Shown: piece by piece, positions 11,539 to 25,204 of the stretch | Layout of the letters: each line of letters opens with the position of its first letter | Position numbering within the stretch: position 1 is the first letter of the stretch | Origin: Octopus sinensis | Taxonomy: Eukaryota | Reading direction: 5' to 3' | NCBI RefSeq assembly: GCF_006345805.1 | Contig: NC_042999.1 | Coordinates: 74,524,001 to 74,588,000 of the forward strand | Length of the DNA stretch: 64,000 bases | Notes under the pieces: model-generated | The model's database searches: none | Seen by the model: only the letters and a program-made list of their open reading frames with translations | Told to the model about the DNA's origin: nothing | Program-made: the position numbers and the translations under genes

Positions 11539-14500
11539 GCCAAAGACACGCATCCCACAATAACATCACAACACCACCAAATAGTAAATCGAAATTCAAA
11601 CACACACAACTCGGAGTCAAAATCTACCGGTATTCCCAACGTGAGAGAGAACATGTCTACATGAGTGACTGTCTCTTCACTCATCTTCAGGGACCCGACG
11701 CACAAACAGAACGGGTCTTCAAGCCAACACACAACCTGAATAACAGTAAAAATAGAAACACACCATGCTGCAGTAATGTGGCTGTCCAGTCTTTCAGGAA
11801 GACAAAAAAACAAACAACAACAAAAGTGGAAACTACAACTATCCAACAGTGCAACCACACCTCCAGCCAAAACTGCTCCCTAAGCAGGAAAATTCTTTTT
11901 TAGCCATGTTGAACATGGCAAAAGAGATACACAAAAACTTCTAGCCATCACTCAACACCATCCTATGCTATTACCCAGTGCACCAATTCCCCACTATTGC
12001 TGCCACTAACACACACAAAAAATCCAAGCCCCCTGCAACAGTCAAAACCAGCCACTACACTAACCTCCACATTCCTACTCAATGCACAAGGTGTCAGCCC
12101 TTCCATCAATGCACAAAAATGGAAGTCCAATTCATTGAAGACGGGTTGGTAACCATTCACACCACATCCCTTTCTTCATTCTCACTGAGACCCACCTTGA
12201 CAACTCCCACTGGAAGCCGAAGTGAGAGTGAAGAATTTCACAAACATCCGCGCAGATCGTATCGGCAGGAGGAAGGGTGGAACTGCCATTTTCCTGCATG
12301 ATTCATTTACGGCAGATGGAAATAGTATATTCTCCAACGGCTACTGTGAATCAGTCACGTGCACAACAAAGCCAATGACCTGACAGTAATTGGGCTCTAT
12401 AGGCCGCCCTAAAACCCATACTGTGCTTTAAAGAATGCCTCAACAGCATTAAGTGCTTTATTCAACAGTGCCATTCTAGCAACATACTCATGATGGGCGA
12501 CTTCAATCTACCTGTGTGTTGACTGGACTACAAACTGTTTGAAACCAAGCACTCCCGCCTCAACCGCTGACAAAGAAGCAGCAGAGTCACTTTTCGACTT
12601 ACGAATGAGTTTTTCTCTGTCCCAAATGTCCTTGCACCAACAAGACATCAGAACATTTTGGACCTAGTGTTTAGTAGTAAACACTAACACTATACATAAC
12701 GTTACAGTGGAAAACCCTTCTTTCAGACCATGACATGGTTCTCTGTAAACATGAAATTCCACCAGCCGAAAGCTAATCCTATGAGACCTTCCTCCAGCCA
12801 CCCATTTGACAACATGGATCTCCATAAAGCCAACTGGGATGCAATCAGGAACGAGCTATCAAATGTTGACTGGTCCTTTACACATACACACATCTCCACC
12901 AACCATAAAACATCTTGGCAGATCTTTGTAGACACCGTCACAGACATATGTGCAAAACACTCCCTACCAAGAACTGTGAACAAAAGTGCAGAATCCCCCA
13001 AAACAGAAAAACCATTATCAGAAAAATAAAAAGAACAAACAAAAAAATTAACAAACTAAAGTACTGCCAACAGCAACACACACATTCGACGGCTATTGCA
13101 CTGCTTGAATCCAAAAAATATACCTCCAACAATGCATGAAAGACCCTCATCAATACCAAAGATCAGCTGAGGAGAAGTGGGCCATTGAAAAAAATCAAAC
13201 TCAACCCCAAAGTGTTCTTTTCATTTGCGAGGCAAACGCAGGGTCACTGTCTCCACTGTAGGCCCTCTAATTGACGAAACTGGCACTCTCCAGATAATGC
13301 CAAATCCATGGCCGAGAGATACTGCCAGAAACATACTGCTCTGTTTTCAGCAATCCTGATATGGCCGATCTGGGCTGTGTATCAGTTGATGTCAAACCCC
13401 AACACACTATATCGGACATAACGTTTAGTGCCCCTGATGTCTTAGCGGCGATAAACGAAATAAAACACAATTCAGCAGTAGGCCCCGATAGGTTCCCTGC
13501 TTGTGTCCTGAAGGTGTGTCGACACCAACTTGCATCTCCCCTGCTAATCTGTGGAGAAAACTCACTGGATGCTGGCTATATTCCAAAAAACTTCTGTCAG
13601 TCTGTTGTCCCAGTTTTCAAAAAGGGAAACAAGTCCCTTGCAGTGAATTACCGTCTGATCTCACTCACCTCTCATATCATCAAGGTATTTGAGAGGGGTG
13701 AGATCTCGAATAACCCAATTTCTGGAAAGCAACAGACGACTGCTATCTCCAACCAACATGGGTTCCGTAATGGAAGGGACTGCCTAACGCAGCTCCTGCA
13801 TCACTTTGAGGACATTTGAGAGCTTTGGGAGAGGGCTCCAACACCGATGTCATCTACCTTGATTTCAGTAAGGCCTTCGACAGGGTCGATCACAAGATCC
13901 TATTGAAAAAACTATCCAACATTGGTGTCTCTGGAAAGTTACTGAAATGGATCAAGTGTTTCCTGACAGACAGATCTCAACATGTTGTAGTTGAAGGGGT
14001 AAAATCAAGCCCAGCCAAAGTCAGTAGTGGCGTTCCACAAGGCACTGTGCTGGGCCCACTTCTTTTCATCATTTACATTAATGACATTAATGACATCATC
14101 AAGCACAGCAACATAAAATCTTTGCAGATGATCCAAGCTACAGAAGGTCATAAATGAGGCGAGTGACCGGACATGCCTTCAGTCAGATCTACTGGCTGTT
14201 ATCCAATGGGGCAGAAAAAAACAATATGCTGCTGAACGAGGATAAATTTGAGCTAATCCACTTGGAAAAGAGGATGCCCTGAAAACTCCCATACTCCCTT
14301 CCTTCAGGTGAAACTCTCGCGGCGTCCAACAACATCAGAAACTTGGGAGAAATTGTGGACAACATAAGCTGGGCCACTCATATAACACCAAAGTTGACAT
14401 GGCCCGCAGAATGATGTTCCTGGATTCTCAGAACTTTCCAGTCGAGAGATATCCACACCATTATCCTTCTCTTCTCCACTTTTGCCCGACCCCACCTTGA

Positions 14501-15083
14501 ATACTGTTGTCCACTGTGGTCTCCCCACACAATACAGGTATCATGAAAGTTGAAGCACCTCAAAGGGCAATCACAAAAAAGATAGATGGCATGATAGGCC
14601 TCGACTATTGGGGTCGACTAGAAAAGCCTAAAACTCTATTCTCTCAACGTCGTCATGAGCGCTACATCATCTGCATGATGTGGAAAATATTCCATCAGCA
14701 TTGCCCAAATGATGTTGGCCATCACCTTTAAGGTACATCCAAGCTTGGGCCCCGTGCCATCCGCCCAAAACAAAAAATCGCACTCTCATCTCATAACAAC
14801 AATACGGCACAATTATTTCACCTCAATTGGCCCCGCTCTCTTTAACATTACACCCAAAAAACATTAAAACAGAAACTGACCCTATAGGGTTCAAGAAGTC
14901 TTTGGACAGATTCCTTCAAGAAATCCCGGATAAACCCCCTAACCCGGATATGTCTCTGTAAACAATAACTCTCTACTTGAGTGGGCCATAGTGCCCAAAT
15001 TCTGACTTGAAAGACTTCACCAGGTGGTGCTATTAAGTTAGACATGGCCGAAAACCTATCAAAGTATCAAAGTATCAAAGTAT
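11539..15083 (+). mobile_element. CR1-clade LINE (ORF1 remnant, APE endonuclease, RT, 3' tail), frameshifted as assembled
   Basis: LTETHL, GLYRPP, MGDFNLP, LDLVF, SDH; NYRLISLTSHIIKVFER, QHGFR, YLDFSKAFDRVDH, SGVPQGTVLGPLLF, FADD; tail (ATCAAAGT)x3. Confidence 0.9.
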
Positions 15084-15595
15084 ATATATATATATGAATA
15101 AAAAATGGAGTTAACGCAGGTTTTAACAAGTATTTTTCTTTCTACATATGTTTCAAAATTCCACTGATACTATTCAAAAGAAAAAAAGGTATAAAACAAT
15201 GCAATCTTCTCTTCGGGAAAGTGAAAAAACGAAACTTGTCAATACGACATTTTAGCAAAAAATGATGGATTCGATTTATAGCGATAGACAGAACGCTATT
15301 AATATTGTTTAAAAAAACGTTTTATGATATAACGTCATAAGTAGCTACAGAAAGAGTAGGGATATTAATAGTGAATGTTAAATATAAAGGAAATTAAAGT
15401 CTAAACTATATATAATGATAGAGACTACTTATATGCACTAAAAGTATGTTTTTGCCAATGCTTACATCTGTATGCTCGTCTATAACGTGTTTACTAGAGT
15501 ATTTTTTTTTTGCTGCCCTGGTAACTATCATTCATTTATCCGTGTTAATTGTTAACAAGGTAAAATACACTCATCTATTTATTATATATATTATA

Positions 15596-15636
<41 letters not shown>

Positions 15637-15670
15637 TATAAGTATATATATATAGGTATATATATAATAA

Positions 15671-15708
<38 letters not shown>

Positions 15709-15751
15709 TATATAAGTGTATATATATATATATAAGTATATATATATATAA

Positions 15752-15784
<33 letters not shown>

Positions 15785-15839
15785 TGTATATATATAATAT
15801 AAGTATATATATATATATATACATATATATATCTATCTA

Positions 15840-16030
15840 TCTGCAAGTTGGTGATTTTTTCCTCTGTCTATTTTTTCAATTGGGCTTTTCTCTGTCTCAT
15901 GTTTCTGAAGAAGAGCCTTGCTCAAGATGTAAAACCACCTTTCTTTCCTTCCCTAAGCGTCTGCTAATACTTTACATGTGTCATGTCCTTGCATTGTTGT
16001 TTTTTGGTGTTTGTTCTCGTTTTTTTTAAT
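15840..16030 (+). mobile_element. Degenerate copy of the short hammerhead-bearing element
   Basis: gttt-CTGAAGA-a-gagc-ctt-gctc-AAGA-tgta-aaac; the GAAA core is lost. Confidence 0.6.
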
Positions 16031-16281
16031 TTTATTTACTGCTCAAGTATAACCAGCCAAAATTGCAAAGACAATAAAGATATATATGAAAATAATAATA
16101 ATACTAATATGAGGGAATATTATTCCAAACTTACAGGAAAAAATTCAATTTAGAAATACTAAATCAAATTTCACAAAATATAATATATAAGATGTAATTT
16201 TTCTAAATGGTATAATTTAATTTTTTCATTATTGAATTGATAAAAGATGTTTTTTTTTCTAATTTATATATATATATCTAA

Positions 16282-16945
16282 AGGCTGTGCAATCTGAGAT
16301 ATGCCGATGACATGCAAAGTGAAAGACATGAGTGCACAGTGACCTATTCCTGAATGTAAAGAAGACAAAGATCTTGGTGGTGGCAGACGAAGGTAACTTC
16401 ACCGTAGACGGAGAGATGATTCAGGAAGTGGTTGATTTTGTGTGTAGGGGATCCACAATCAGCACCAGTGGATCAAATACACCAGAGATATGGAGAAGGC
16501 TCGCGATAGTGAGGCAAGCGGTACAAGATATGGAGAATGTCTGGAAGAGTCGTGGCGTGTCAATACTGCTGAAGATAAGGCTACTTCGGGCTATCACTTT
16601 CTCTATTGTGACGTACGGCTACGAGTAGTGGACAATGTTGAAGGCAGATGAGAAAAGAGCAAGCGCTTTTGAAATGTGGTGTTACTGCAGAATCCTTAGA
16701 GTGTCGTGGACGGATAGAAAGACGAACAATTGGGTACTAGAAAAGCTTGGTTGCGAGATGACACTTCGGTGCGCTGGGATGGACTCGAGTGAACGATCAT
16801 AACTGGCAAGGTGAACGGCAGACGTAAAAGAGGCAGACCACCCACTTCTTGGCTGAAAGACATTGCAGCCACGGGATTGTCTTTATTCTCAGCTGTCCAT
16901 GGGGTAGAAGACAGGAGAAGGTGGCAAGACATCGTGATGACCACA
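16282..16945 (+). mobile_element. 5'-truncated RTE/BovB-like LINE (RT C-terminal half)
   Basis: NLRYADD, LNVKKTKIL, VWKSRGVS...KIRLLRA, AFEMWCY, GRRKRGRPP. Confidence 0.8.
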
Positions 16946-17042
16946 GCATATATATATAATAATAGTAGAGAATATAATTCCAAACTTACAGGGAAAAATT
17001 CACTTTATCAATTCTAAATCAAAATTCACAATATATAATATA

Positions 17043-19978
17043 TGTATATAATTTAGAGAAAAACCTCTATTAAGCAATTCTAATATTAACGATGTAGAGA
17101 ATACTAATTATATGAATTCAAAATGTAAATCTAGAAAGGAACCCCTGTATAATAGGGATATACATGTTTTAGAGGATAATATTTGGAAAGTGGTGAAAAA
17201 TATTAAATTTCATAAATACCCAAATTGACATAATGAATATTTAAGAAATCTAGCGATTAGAATAAAAGAAATGTGAAATATGAAAGGAATTATAGTACAA
17301 TCAGATAAAACTAGGAACCTGTATAAACTAGATGTTAAATTATATGATAACCTATTAGAGAAAGAAATAAATAAAAAATATAAAATTGTTCCAGAAAATA
17401 CTCTTTAAGGCCTCTAAATTAATCATGATGAAATATAAGTTAGATAATAAAACCAAACCTTATATACCTATGCACCCTAGAATTACTTTAAAAGACCATT
17501 AGGATAATTTTTATTCTCACCCAAAAGTTAGACTTATTTATCCATGTAAATCAGATCTAGGTAAATTAAGTAAGATCATTTTAGATAAATATATTAATAG
17601 ATTAAATGAAATTAATTACCTTAAACTTTGGACTTGTACTAATGATACTTTAAAATGGTTTAATAACACTAAAGATAAAAATAGATATAAATTCATTCAA
17701 ATAGATATAGATAATTATTATTCTTCTATTAATGAGATCGTACTCAATAAGGCCCTAATTTATGCAAGGTAGGAATGACTTATGTTGAAGTTAATGTAGT
17801 TAAAACGGCTATGAAATTGTTGTTTAGATATAATAATAAATTGTGGGCTAGGAAGGATACTAGAGACTATTTCGATATACCTAGGTGGGCACCCAGTTCT
17901 GCACAGGCAACTGATTTAGTAGGTATTTAATTATTATCAGAACTTAAATTAGAAAAATTAAAGTTGGAGGGTGGTTTATATAGGCATAATCTTTTATTAA
18001 TAACTAAGAATTGCACTAATAGAACACTAGAATTATATAAGAAGAAACTATATAGGTTTTTTAAAAGATATGGATTAAGTATTACTATATATAATGAGAA
18101 CTAAAACGTTAATTACTTAAATGCTAATTTTAATTTAATAGCAGGTAAAACCCAACCATTCCATAAAATTAATGAAAACCTTAGATATATTAATGCTAAT
18201 AGTAATCATTCACCCTCAATTAAGAAATCGTTGATAGATAATATAGGTAAAGTAATAGCATTGCTTTCTTCTAATTTTGAGATTTTCCAAAAACACGCAC
18301 CTTATAATGAAGCCCTGCGGGAGGCGAGATACAATAATAATATTAAATTCTTTAATAATTCTAAATATAATTATAATATAAGAGATTATAATATAAATGA
18401 TTCCTATATTTTTTATAATTATAAACCTAGCATTAAGAATTATAAGTTTTATTGAGGTAATTATGATTTTAATAATAGGTATTATGATAATATAAAAAAT
18501 AAATATAATATAAATAATAAGAACAAAATTTGGTTAATTATTCCTTATGGAGCTCAAGTTAAAACAAACATTATTAAAGAGATTTTAACTATAATTGAAG
18601 TATTCATTAGAGATAATAAAAAATATATTTTTTATAGTAATAATTTTGGAGTTGGTTATTCTACTACTAATAATGTTGGTAACATTATTTCTTCTTTTAA
18701 TAAATTTGAGCTGAATAAGTTTTACAAAAACCAATCAAATAATTATTCCAATAATAATAATAAAGACCAGAATATAATTAATTGTATATGTAGAGATAAG
18801 ACTAAATGTAAATTTAATAATAAATGTAATTTGGATGATGTAGTATATAAATGTGTAGTGATTTTGATGATAATAATAGAAATGGTTATAATTTAAATGT
18901 GATTTACATGGGGTCGACTTCCAATAAAATAAAATTAAGGGTGGCTCAACACATGAATTATTTTAAGAATAGAAAATTAATTAATTCTACTGGCATTAGT
19001 AAATATATATGGGAACTAAAATCTAAACGTATTAAGTACACTTTAAATTGGGAGATAATTTGTAAAATCTTATTGAATAGGTAATAATTTTGTTTATTAT
19101 GTACTAATGAATTTAAGGAGATATTATTTACTAATAATAAAAAATTAATTTCCTAGATGAGCGAAAAATTAAATGTAGACATAAGTTAAATTATATAATA
19201 AGTTTAGTTAATTGGTGTATATATATAAACCCTATTTTATGTTACTAATTGTTGTAGTTATAATTTGTAGTAGTGTCATCATCATCATCATCATTTAACA
19301 TCTGCTTTCCATGCTAGCATGGGTTGGATGGTTCAACTGGGGTCTGGGGAGCCCGAAAGCTGCACCAGTCCAGTCAGATCTGGCAGTGTTTCTACAGCTG
19401 GATGCCCTTCCTAACGCCAACCACTCCGAGAGTGTAGTGGGTGATTTTATGTGCCACCGACACAGGTGCCAGACGAGGCTGGCAAAGCACGAGATTATAT
19501 TGTGTATATTACATAATTAGAATAAGATTAAACTAATATGTTTATAAAATGAATATATTAATTAATGAAAATAGATTAAATGATAGAAATTTAGCTTAAT
19601 TTAGTATATTAAGTATTTTATGTATTTTAGTTTTAAATTATTTAGACTTTAAAGTTTTCCAGTAAATGGTATATTACAGTTAGTTTTTTTTCTTATTCTC
19701 ACAGCTAAAATACATTTTGCTATTTTAACAGTTTAAATACATATTTCTATCTATTTATTCTATAATTTTTATTTACGCCATGTTTTCACGTGATAAATTT
19801 CTTATAAACGCTAAGTTCTATGTATTACGTTTAAAATTTTAGTTAACAGAAATTCTTTGATACGATAAGTTATAATTTTGTTTTAAGTAATATTGTTACT
19901 TATTGTTAAAACACATATTTTTCTATACTTATTTGGTAATTATAATAAGTTAAGATATTTTCATTTATTTTATTATTA

Positions 19979-20018
<40 letters not shown>

Positions 20019-20280
20019 TTAGACCTGATGAGTGACTATATTTTTAAATAGAATTAATTTTAGTTCGATTTAATTTTAATTGATTTTATTTTATTATTAT
20101 TATCTATTTGAAAATATAGCCACAAAATCTGCGTAGTCAATTTACTATTTATTGTTTATGTACTTTATTGATTTTTAGAATAATGTTTTTTATAGTATAT
20201 TCAATTTTTTTCTATATGGTATGAATAACGTCTTTCACATTTGAATTGCTTAATAGAGGTTTTTCTCTAAATTATATACA
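17043..20280 (+). mobile_element. Very AT-rich Penelope-like element (RT, GIY-YIG, 3' region with hammerhead relic) bounded by a 38-bp inverted repeat
   Basis: IIVQSDKTRNLYKL, RITLKDH, KVRLIYPCKSDLGKLSK, FIQIDIDNYY, CICRDKTKC, YMGST, YIWELK, CLLC, KCRHK; multiple stops. Confidence 0.8.
19277..19490 (-). mobile_element. RTE 3'-UTR/tail element
   Basis: (CAT)n followed by ttaacatctgctttccatgctagcatggg; same family as the tail joined to the RTE ORF at 30042-32150. Confidence 0.8.
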
Positions 20281-20297
20281 TATATATATATATCAGA

Positions 20298-21080
20298 ATC
20301 TTCATCATTTAATGTCTGTTTTCCATGCTGGCATGGGTTGGACAGTTTGACAGGAGTTGACCAGCTGAAGGGTTATTCAGGTTCCATGTCTGCTGTGCCA
20401 TGATTTCTACAGCTGGATGCCCTTGCTAACACCAACCATTTTGTAGAGTGTGCTGGGTGGTTTTTAATGTGCCAGGACACATGTGTAAATGATGTGTAAA
20501 TGCACTGGCATGGTTGCATTTACACATCATGGGCACAAGTGTGTTCTAAGTGGCATTGGCACCTGAAAGGACAAGCTGGTATGTTTGGAAGATAGCGATT
20601 TTACTTAGCTTGATGTGTCTTCTCAATTAGAGGTCAGCATTTCTTTATGCAGCTGTCTTCATCCATACACATTTCATAACCAAACCAGCACAGTATCTTC
20701 TCTTGCACACAACATCTGATGCCTCTTATACCCAGTTTTCCTCAAATAATTTGCACCCTGTTGTGTGTGTGCACACTAACAATACCCATCCAGCAGAAGT
20801 TTCATTTCTTTCAAGCCTTCACAAGTCTTCTGTAGTGAAAGCTCATGTTTCACTGCTCTGTAGCATAGCTGTATGTACACAGGCATCATACAATTTACCT
20901 TTCACTCTGAGAGGCCTTTAGTTACCAACGTCTTCCTTGGTCTACCCCTTCCTAGGGTACCCTCCACAATTAGAGCTCAACATTTCTTTATACTGCTCTC
21001 CCTATTCATACATATTACACGACCACGTCAGTGCAATCTTTTCTCTTGCACACAACATCTGCTGCCTCTTATACCGAGTT
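20298..21080 (-). mobile_element. RTE tail plus RT C-terminal fragment
   Basis: Family tail at 20298-20560; RT C-terminal similarity at 20620-21080. Confidence 0.7.
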
Positions 21081-21179
21081 TTCCTCTTAGATCATTTACA
21101 GCCTGTATTTTTTGTTTGTTTTTGTGGAGGGTTAAAATGGAAGACAAATCCTGAAAGAATCTGTTTTTCTCTTCTCCAG

Positions 21180-21243
21180 TTTTCGAAGAAGTTGACAGCT
21201 TCGCAAGCAAACGGCCATTGATGGTGATATGCGATTCGTCAAA
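21180..21243 (+). CDS. BCAS3: BCAS3 exon (phase 1 to 2): FEEVDSFASKRPLMVICDSS
   Basis: Acceptor tttttctcttctccag, donor gtaagt; resembles human DNFAEKRPLLGVC; phase fits the next exon. Confidence 0.85.
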
Positions 21244-21469
21244 GTAAGTATTTGTTTTTCATTACTAATTGAGAAATATATGTTACATATAAATTAAAAA
21301 TGTACCGAAAATATAATGCCAAAGGGAAAAGCTAGAAGTAGTTGATTGCTTCTATTAGATAGCTTCAGGTAGATGGCCCTTCTCAATATATAGATAAAGC
21401 GTAGGTAGAAACTCCATAAGATCTACCTGGTGTAAGCTATGGACACCTAAGAAATACAGCAATATCAAA

Positions 21470-22230
21470 GAAAGGGTTAACTGGGAAGGTAGTTTTCGTA
21501 TTTAGCAAATGCTCAGGTGCTATAGACACTGAAAATGTGCAGAAGACAGCTTTCTTTACATTCCAGGGAAAAAACTACAAGTAGTTGATAGCTTCTGTTC
21601 CCTAGGCGACCAAGTCAGTAGTGGGGGTGGATGCTCTGAAAGTGTAGCTGCTAGAATAAGAATAGCCTTTGCAAATTTCAGAGAGCTTCTGCCTTTGTTG
21701 GTAACGTAAGGCCTCTCACTCTCTTAGAATGAAAGGCAGATTGTATGATGCCTGTGTGTGAACAGCCATGGCATTGAAATATGGGCTGTGATTGCCAAAG
21801 ACATGTGAAGGGTTGAAAGAAATGAAGCTAATATTCTTTGCTGGATGTGCAATGTCAGTGTGTATATACGACAGAGTATAAGAGTCTTGAGAGAAAAGTT
21901 GGGCACAAAAGGCATTAGTTGTGGTGTGCAAGTGGGAGGACTGTGCTGTTATGGTTGTGTGATGTATATGGATGAGAACAGCTGTGTAAAGATGTGCCAG
22001 TGTCTAGCTGTGGAGAGAACCTGTGGTAGAGTCAGGCACAAGAAGACCTGGGACGAGGTGGTGCAGCATGACCTTTGAACTTTGGGCTTCATGGAGGCAA
22101 TGACTTGTGACTGCGACACTTAGCAATGTGCTGTGCTTGAGAACATTTGTCATGCCAAGTGAAATTGTAGTCATGGCCAATGCCAGTGTCATGTAACTGG
22201 CACCTATACCAGTGGCATGTGAAAAGCACT
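21470..22230 (+). mobile_element. RTE LINE 3' fragment, cut at the mariner TIR
   Basis: EVVDSF..LGD...GGGCSESV.ARIR, GRVRHKKTWDEVV. Confidence 0.75.
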
Positions 22231-22232
22231 TA

Positions 22233-22680
22233 TCAGGTCATCCCATAAGTTCTGTCCGATTTTACCTTTTTAAAACTGAATGAAATTTAATAGTATTTTA
22301 GAATGTCTAATGGAATTAAAAATTATTTTTATGAATTTGTGTACATTTAAACTAATTAAATATTATTTTATAGAATAATAGAATTAAAATTTCTTTGATG
22401 AAAATCCTTTCTAACATGAAAGTATCCAAAGAGCATTTAAGGCACATAATGCTTTATGATTACAAAAAAGGAAACTCTGCAGCCGAAGCGACTCGAAACA
22501 TACACTCAGTTTATGGGAAAGAATGCTTGAATGAAAGAACTTGCAGAAGATGGTTTGCAAAATTCAGAAGTGGAGATTTCAACCTTGAAGATGAAGATCA
22601 AACAGGATGTCCAGTTGAGTTTGATGATAAGCTCTTGAGGCATTACTTGAAGAAAATCCTGCATTATCAGTTGAAGAATT
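22233..22680 (+). mobile_element. Mariner 5' half (left TIR, HTH region)
   Basis: TA + tcaggtcatcccataagttctgtcc; ORF MKVSKEHLRHIMLYDYKKGNSAAEA...WFAKFRSG; same family as 55004-56284. Confidence 0.85.
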
Positions 22681-22897
22681 GAATCATGCTCGAATGGTGC
22701 TTTTCATGCATTACAGCACGGGAGCTAATGCGAGGCCCTGGCAACGATCATACTTGGATGTTGTTTCTAATGTTCCACTGGCACTGTCATCAGCCATGTC
22801 AGCGATTTTGGTTTAACACAAGCAAAGTTCATTGTCCAAAAGTGGGCTAGTTATATTAAGCCTTTGTTATATTTAATTGAAATTTAATCAACATTAA

Positions 22898-24012
22898 CCC
22901 TTTCGTTACCAAACCGCCCAAAGCCGCCTGTAAAAAATTTTGGTTAATGTGTCCAAACCGCCCAAAGCCGCCCGTATTTACCTATTCATATTTAAATGAG
23001 AATATCAGAGCAAATCTCTTTAGTACATTCGTGGAAACACGTGATTATACTTCGTAAACAGTTCATCTACAGTTTTGTACAAGGATCGACGTATAATTTT
23101 GATTCCCTGAATTTTGGGAGATTTTTTTCCACATTTTTTTCGGCATCGATTTTTCTTCAACTTTGAAAATGGATAGGAGTTTCATGTTATCAAGCATTGA
23201 TTCCGAATTGGAAAATTTGTGAAGCAAATACTGGGTACTGTCGTGGATTTAGTTTTTATACAGGGAAACTAATGTTAGTCAGCATGGCTTAGGGTATGAT
23301 GTGGTCTGGAAGTTATTGTTTGAAGCGATCAATGCGGAAACAAACTTACGCAGAATGTAAACAAACACAAAATGGGGGTTCAAATTTTGGAAAATTTGTG
23401 AAGCAAGTACTGGGTACTGCGTGGATTTAGTTTTTATACAGGGAAAATAATGTTAGTCAACATGGCCTAGAGAACAATGTGGTCTGGAATTTATCACTTC
23501 CATACCATAACCAGGGCCGTATATTATTTTTTGACCGATTTCTTTAGTTCGGTCAAACTTGCGGTGGATTCCAGTATTTCACTTTATTCCACCTTTATGG
23601 TACACCTGTTGTGCATTAAATTCAACTGATGATATAGTGATGTGCACAATTCTTCTTTATCAAAATTTTGTTGCATACCCATTTGAATATTACCTGATGA
23701 TTCATTTTCTATGGTGATGTTTAAACAAAATTTTAATATTTTTACCTTTTGCTCAATTTAAAATTTTAATATTTTTACCTTTTGCTCAATTTACCTGGAT
23801 TTACCTGTAATTAAAGTCACTTTGAGACAAAAGTTATGCAATAGAATTGATTAAGAACCCTTTTTTAATTATGTTCCAAATATCACATTAATATGTTGAT
23901 AAGTAAAAAAGTTAGTTATTTAATGAAACAAGCCTAGATTCATGATTATTTTAGAATTTAATTGAAACTCATGAGGGGGTGTATTTTGATCAGAAATATA
24001 GTAACGAAAGGG
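22898..24012 (+). mobile_element. Internally deleted piggyBac-like transposon
   Basis: TTAA|ccctttcgttac...gtaacgaaaggg|TTAA; relic WKICEANTGYC...GLGYDVVWKL and PYHNQGRILFFD. Confidence 0.8.
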
Positions 24013-24413
24013 TTAAGCCTTTGGAAGTGTTCATGGGAGAGATATCCGATAGAAGTCAGAGGAGAGGGACTTCTAGTAAAGGTGGTGGGATTGGGAAGGG
24101 TGGGCACACCACGAAACAGCAAAAACTCAAGCTGCCAGTGTGAGAGAATATTGAACCCATGCTACCATGGAAAATGGACGTTAAACGATGATGATGATGA
24201 ATGAGATAGAATTGGGCATTTGAAATTCTTAACTAGAGCTATAACCAAGAGTTTTTGGTCAGCCAACTGTGACAAAATTAGATAAATGAATGAATAAGTG
24301 ACAATAATAAATGTGCATGAAAGAGGGAGAAAGCCGGAGAGTTGGATCAAGCAAAGGGATCTGAAGTTTTTTTTTTAAACATACAGCATGGAAGACGAAA
24401 CTGTGTTTACATA

Positions 24414-25204
24414 TCAGGTCATCCCATTAGTTCTGTCCAAATTTTGAATAAAGAAAACAAGTGATCAAATATATTTAATTGAAATTTAATCATCAATGTA
24501 CTTCCCCTGATTATCTATGACTTCCTTCCATCTATTTACAAGCTTTTTAATCCCATCAATGTAAAACTCTTTTGGTTTCAAAGCGAAAATCTCTGAAATG
24601 TCAGTTTTGACCTCCTGGCTTGTGATAGTTATGTCCCCCAAATGATTCTGTAAACTACAAAACTAATGGTAGTCTTAAGGAGCAAGGTCAGGAGGATAAG
24701 GTGGATGAGGAATTTTTTCCTAACCAAGCTATTCAATCTTCTGTGATGTGATCTTTGCAGTGTGGGGTCACCATTGTCCTGATGAAACATCACTCCTTTT
24801 CGATTCACTAAAGCAGGTCTTTTTTTCTTCAAAGCTTGGTTCAAACGCTCTATATGCTGACAGTAGATTTGAGCATTGATTGTTGCATTAGGTGGTAACA
24901 ATTCAAAGTGAATTACTCCTTTACAATCCCACCGGATAGAGAGAACCTTTTTCCAATGAAGTTCTCTTCTCAGTTGTGGTTGAGTTTTTTCCCTTTTACC
25001 AAGCCACTGTTTATGACATTTAACATTTCGATAGAAGATCCATTTTGCGTCACCAGTCACAAGACTAACCAAAAAGGGTGAAATAAGTTCGCGAGAATGG
25101 AGAGAAGAGCAGATGGCAACTCGGGATTTGTGGTTGCTTTTGGACAATTCATGAGGCACCCATTTTCCAAGTTTAGGAACCTTTCCAAGTTGTTGAAGAT
25201 GGTG
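24414..25204 (-). mobile_element. Mariner 3' half (DD34D catalytic region, right TIR), inverted relative to its 5' half
   Basis: WVPHEL, VTGD(A)KW, FHQDN; TIR tcaggtcatcccattagttctgtcc + TA at 24412. Confidence 0.85.
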
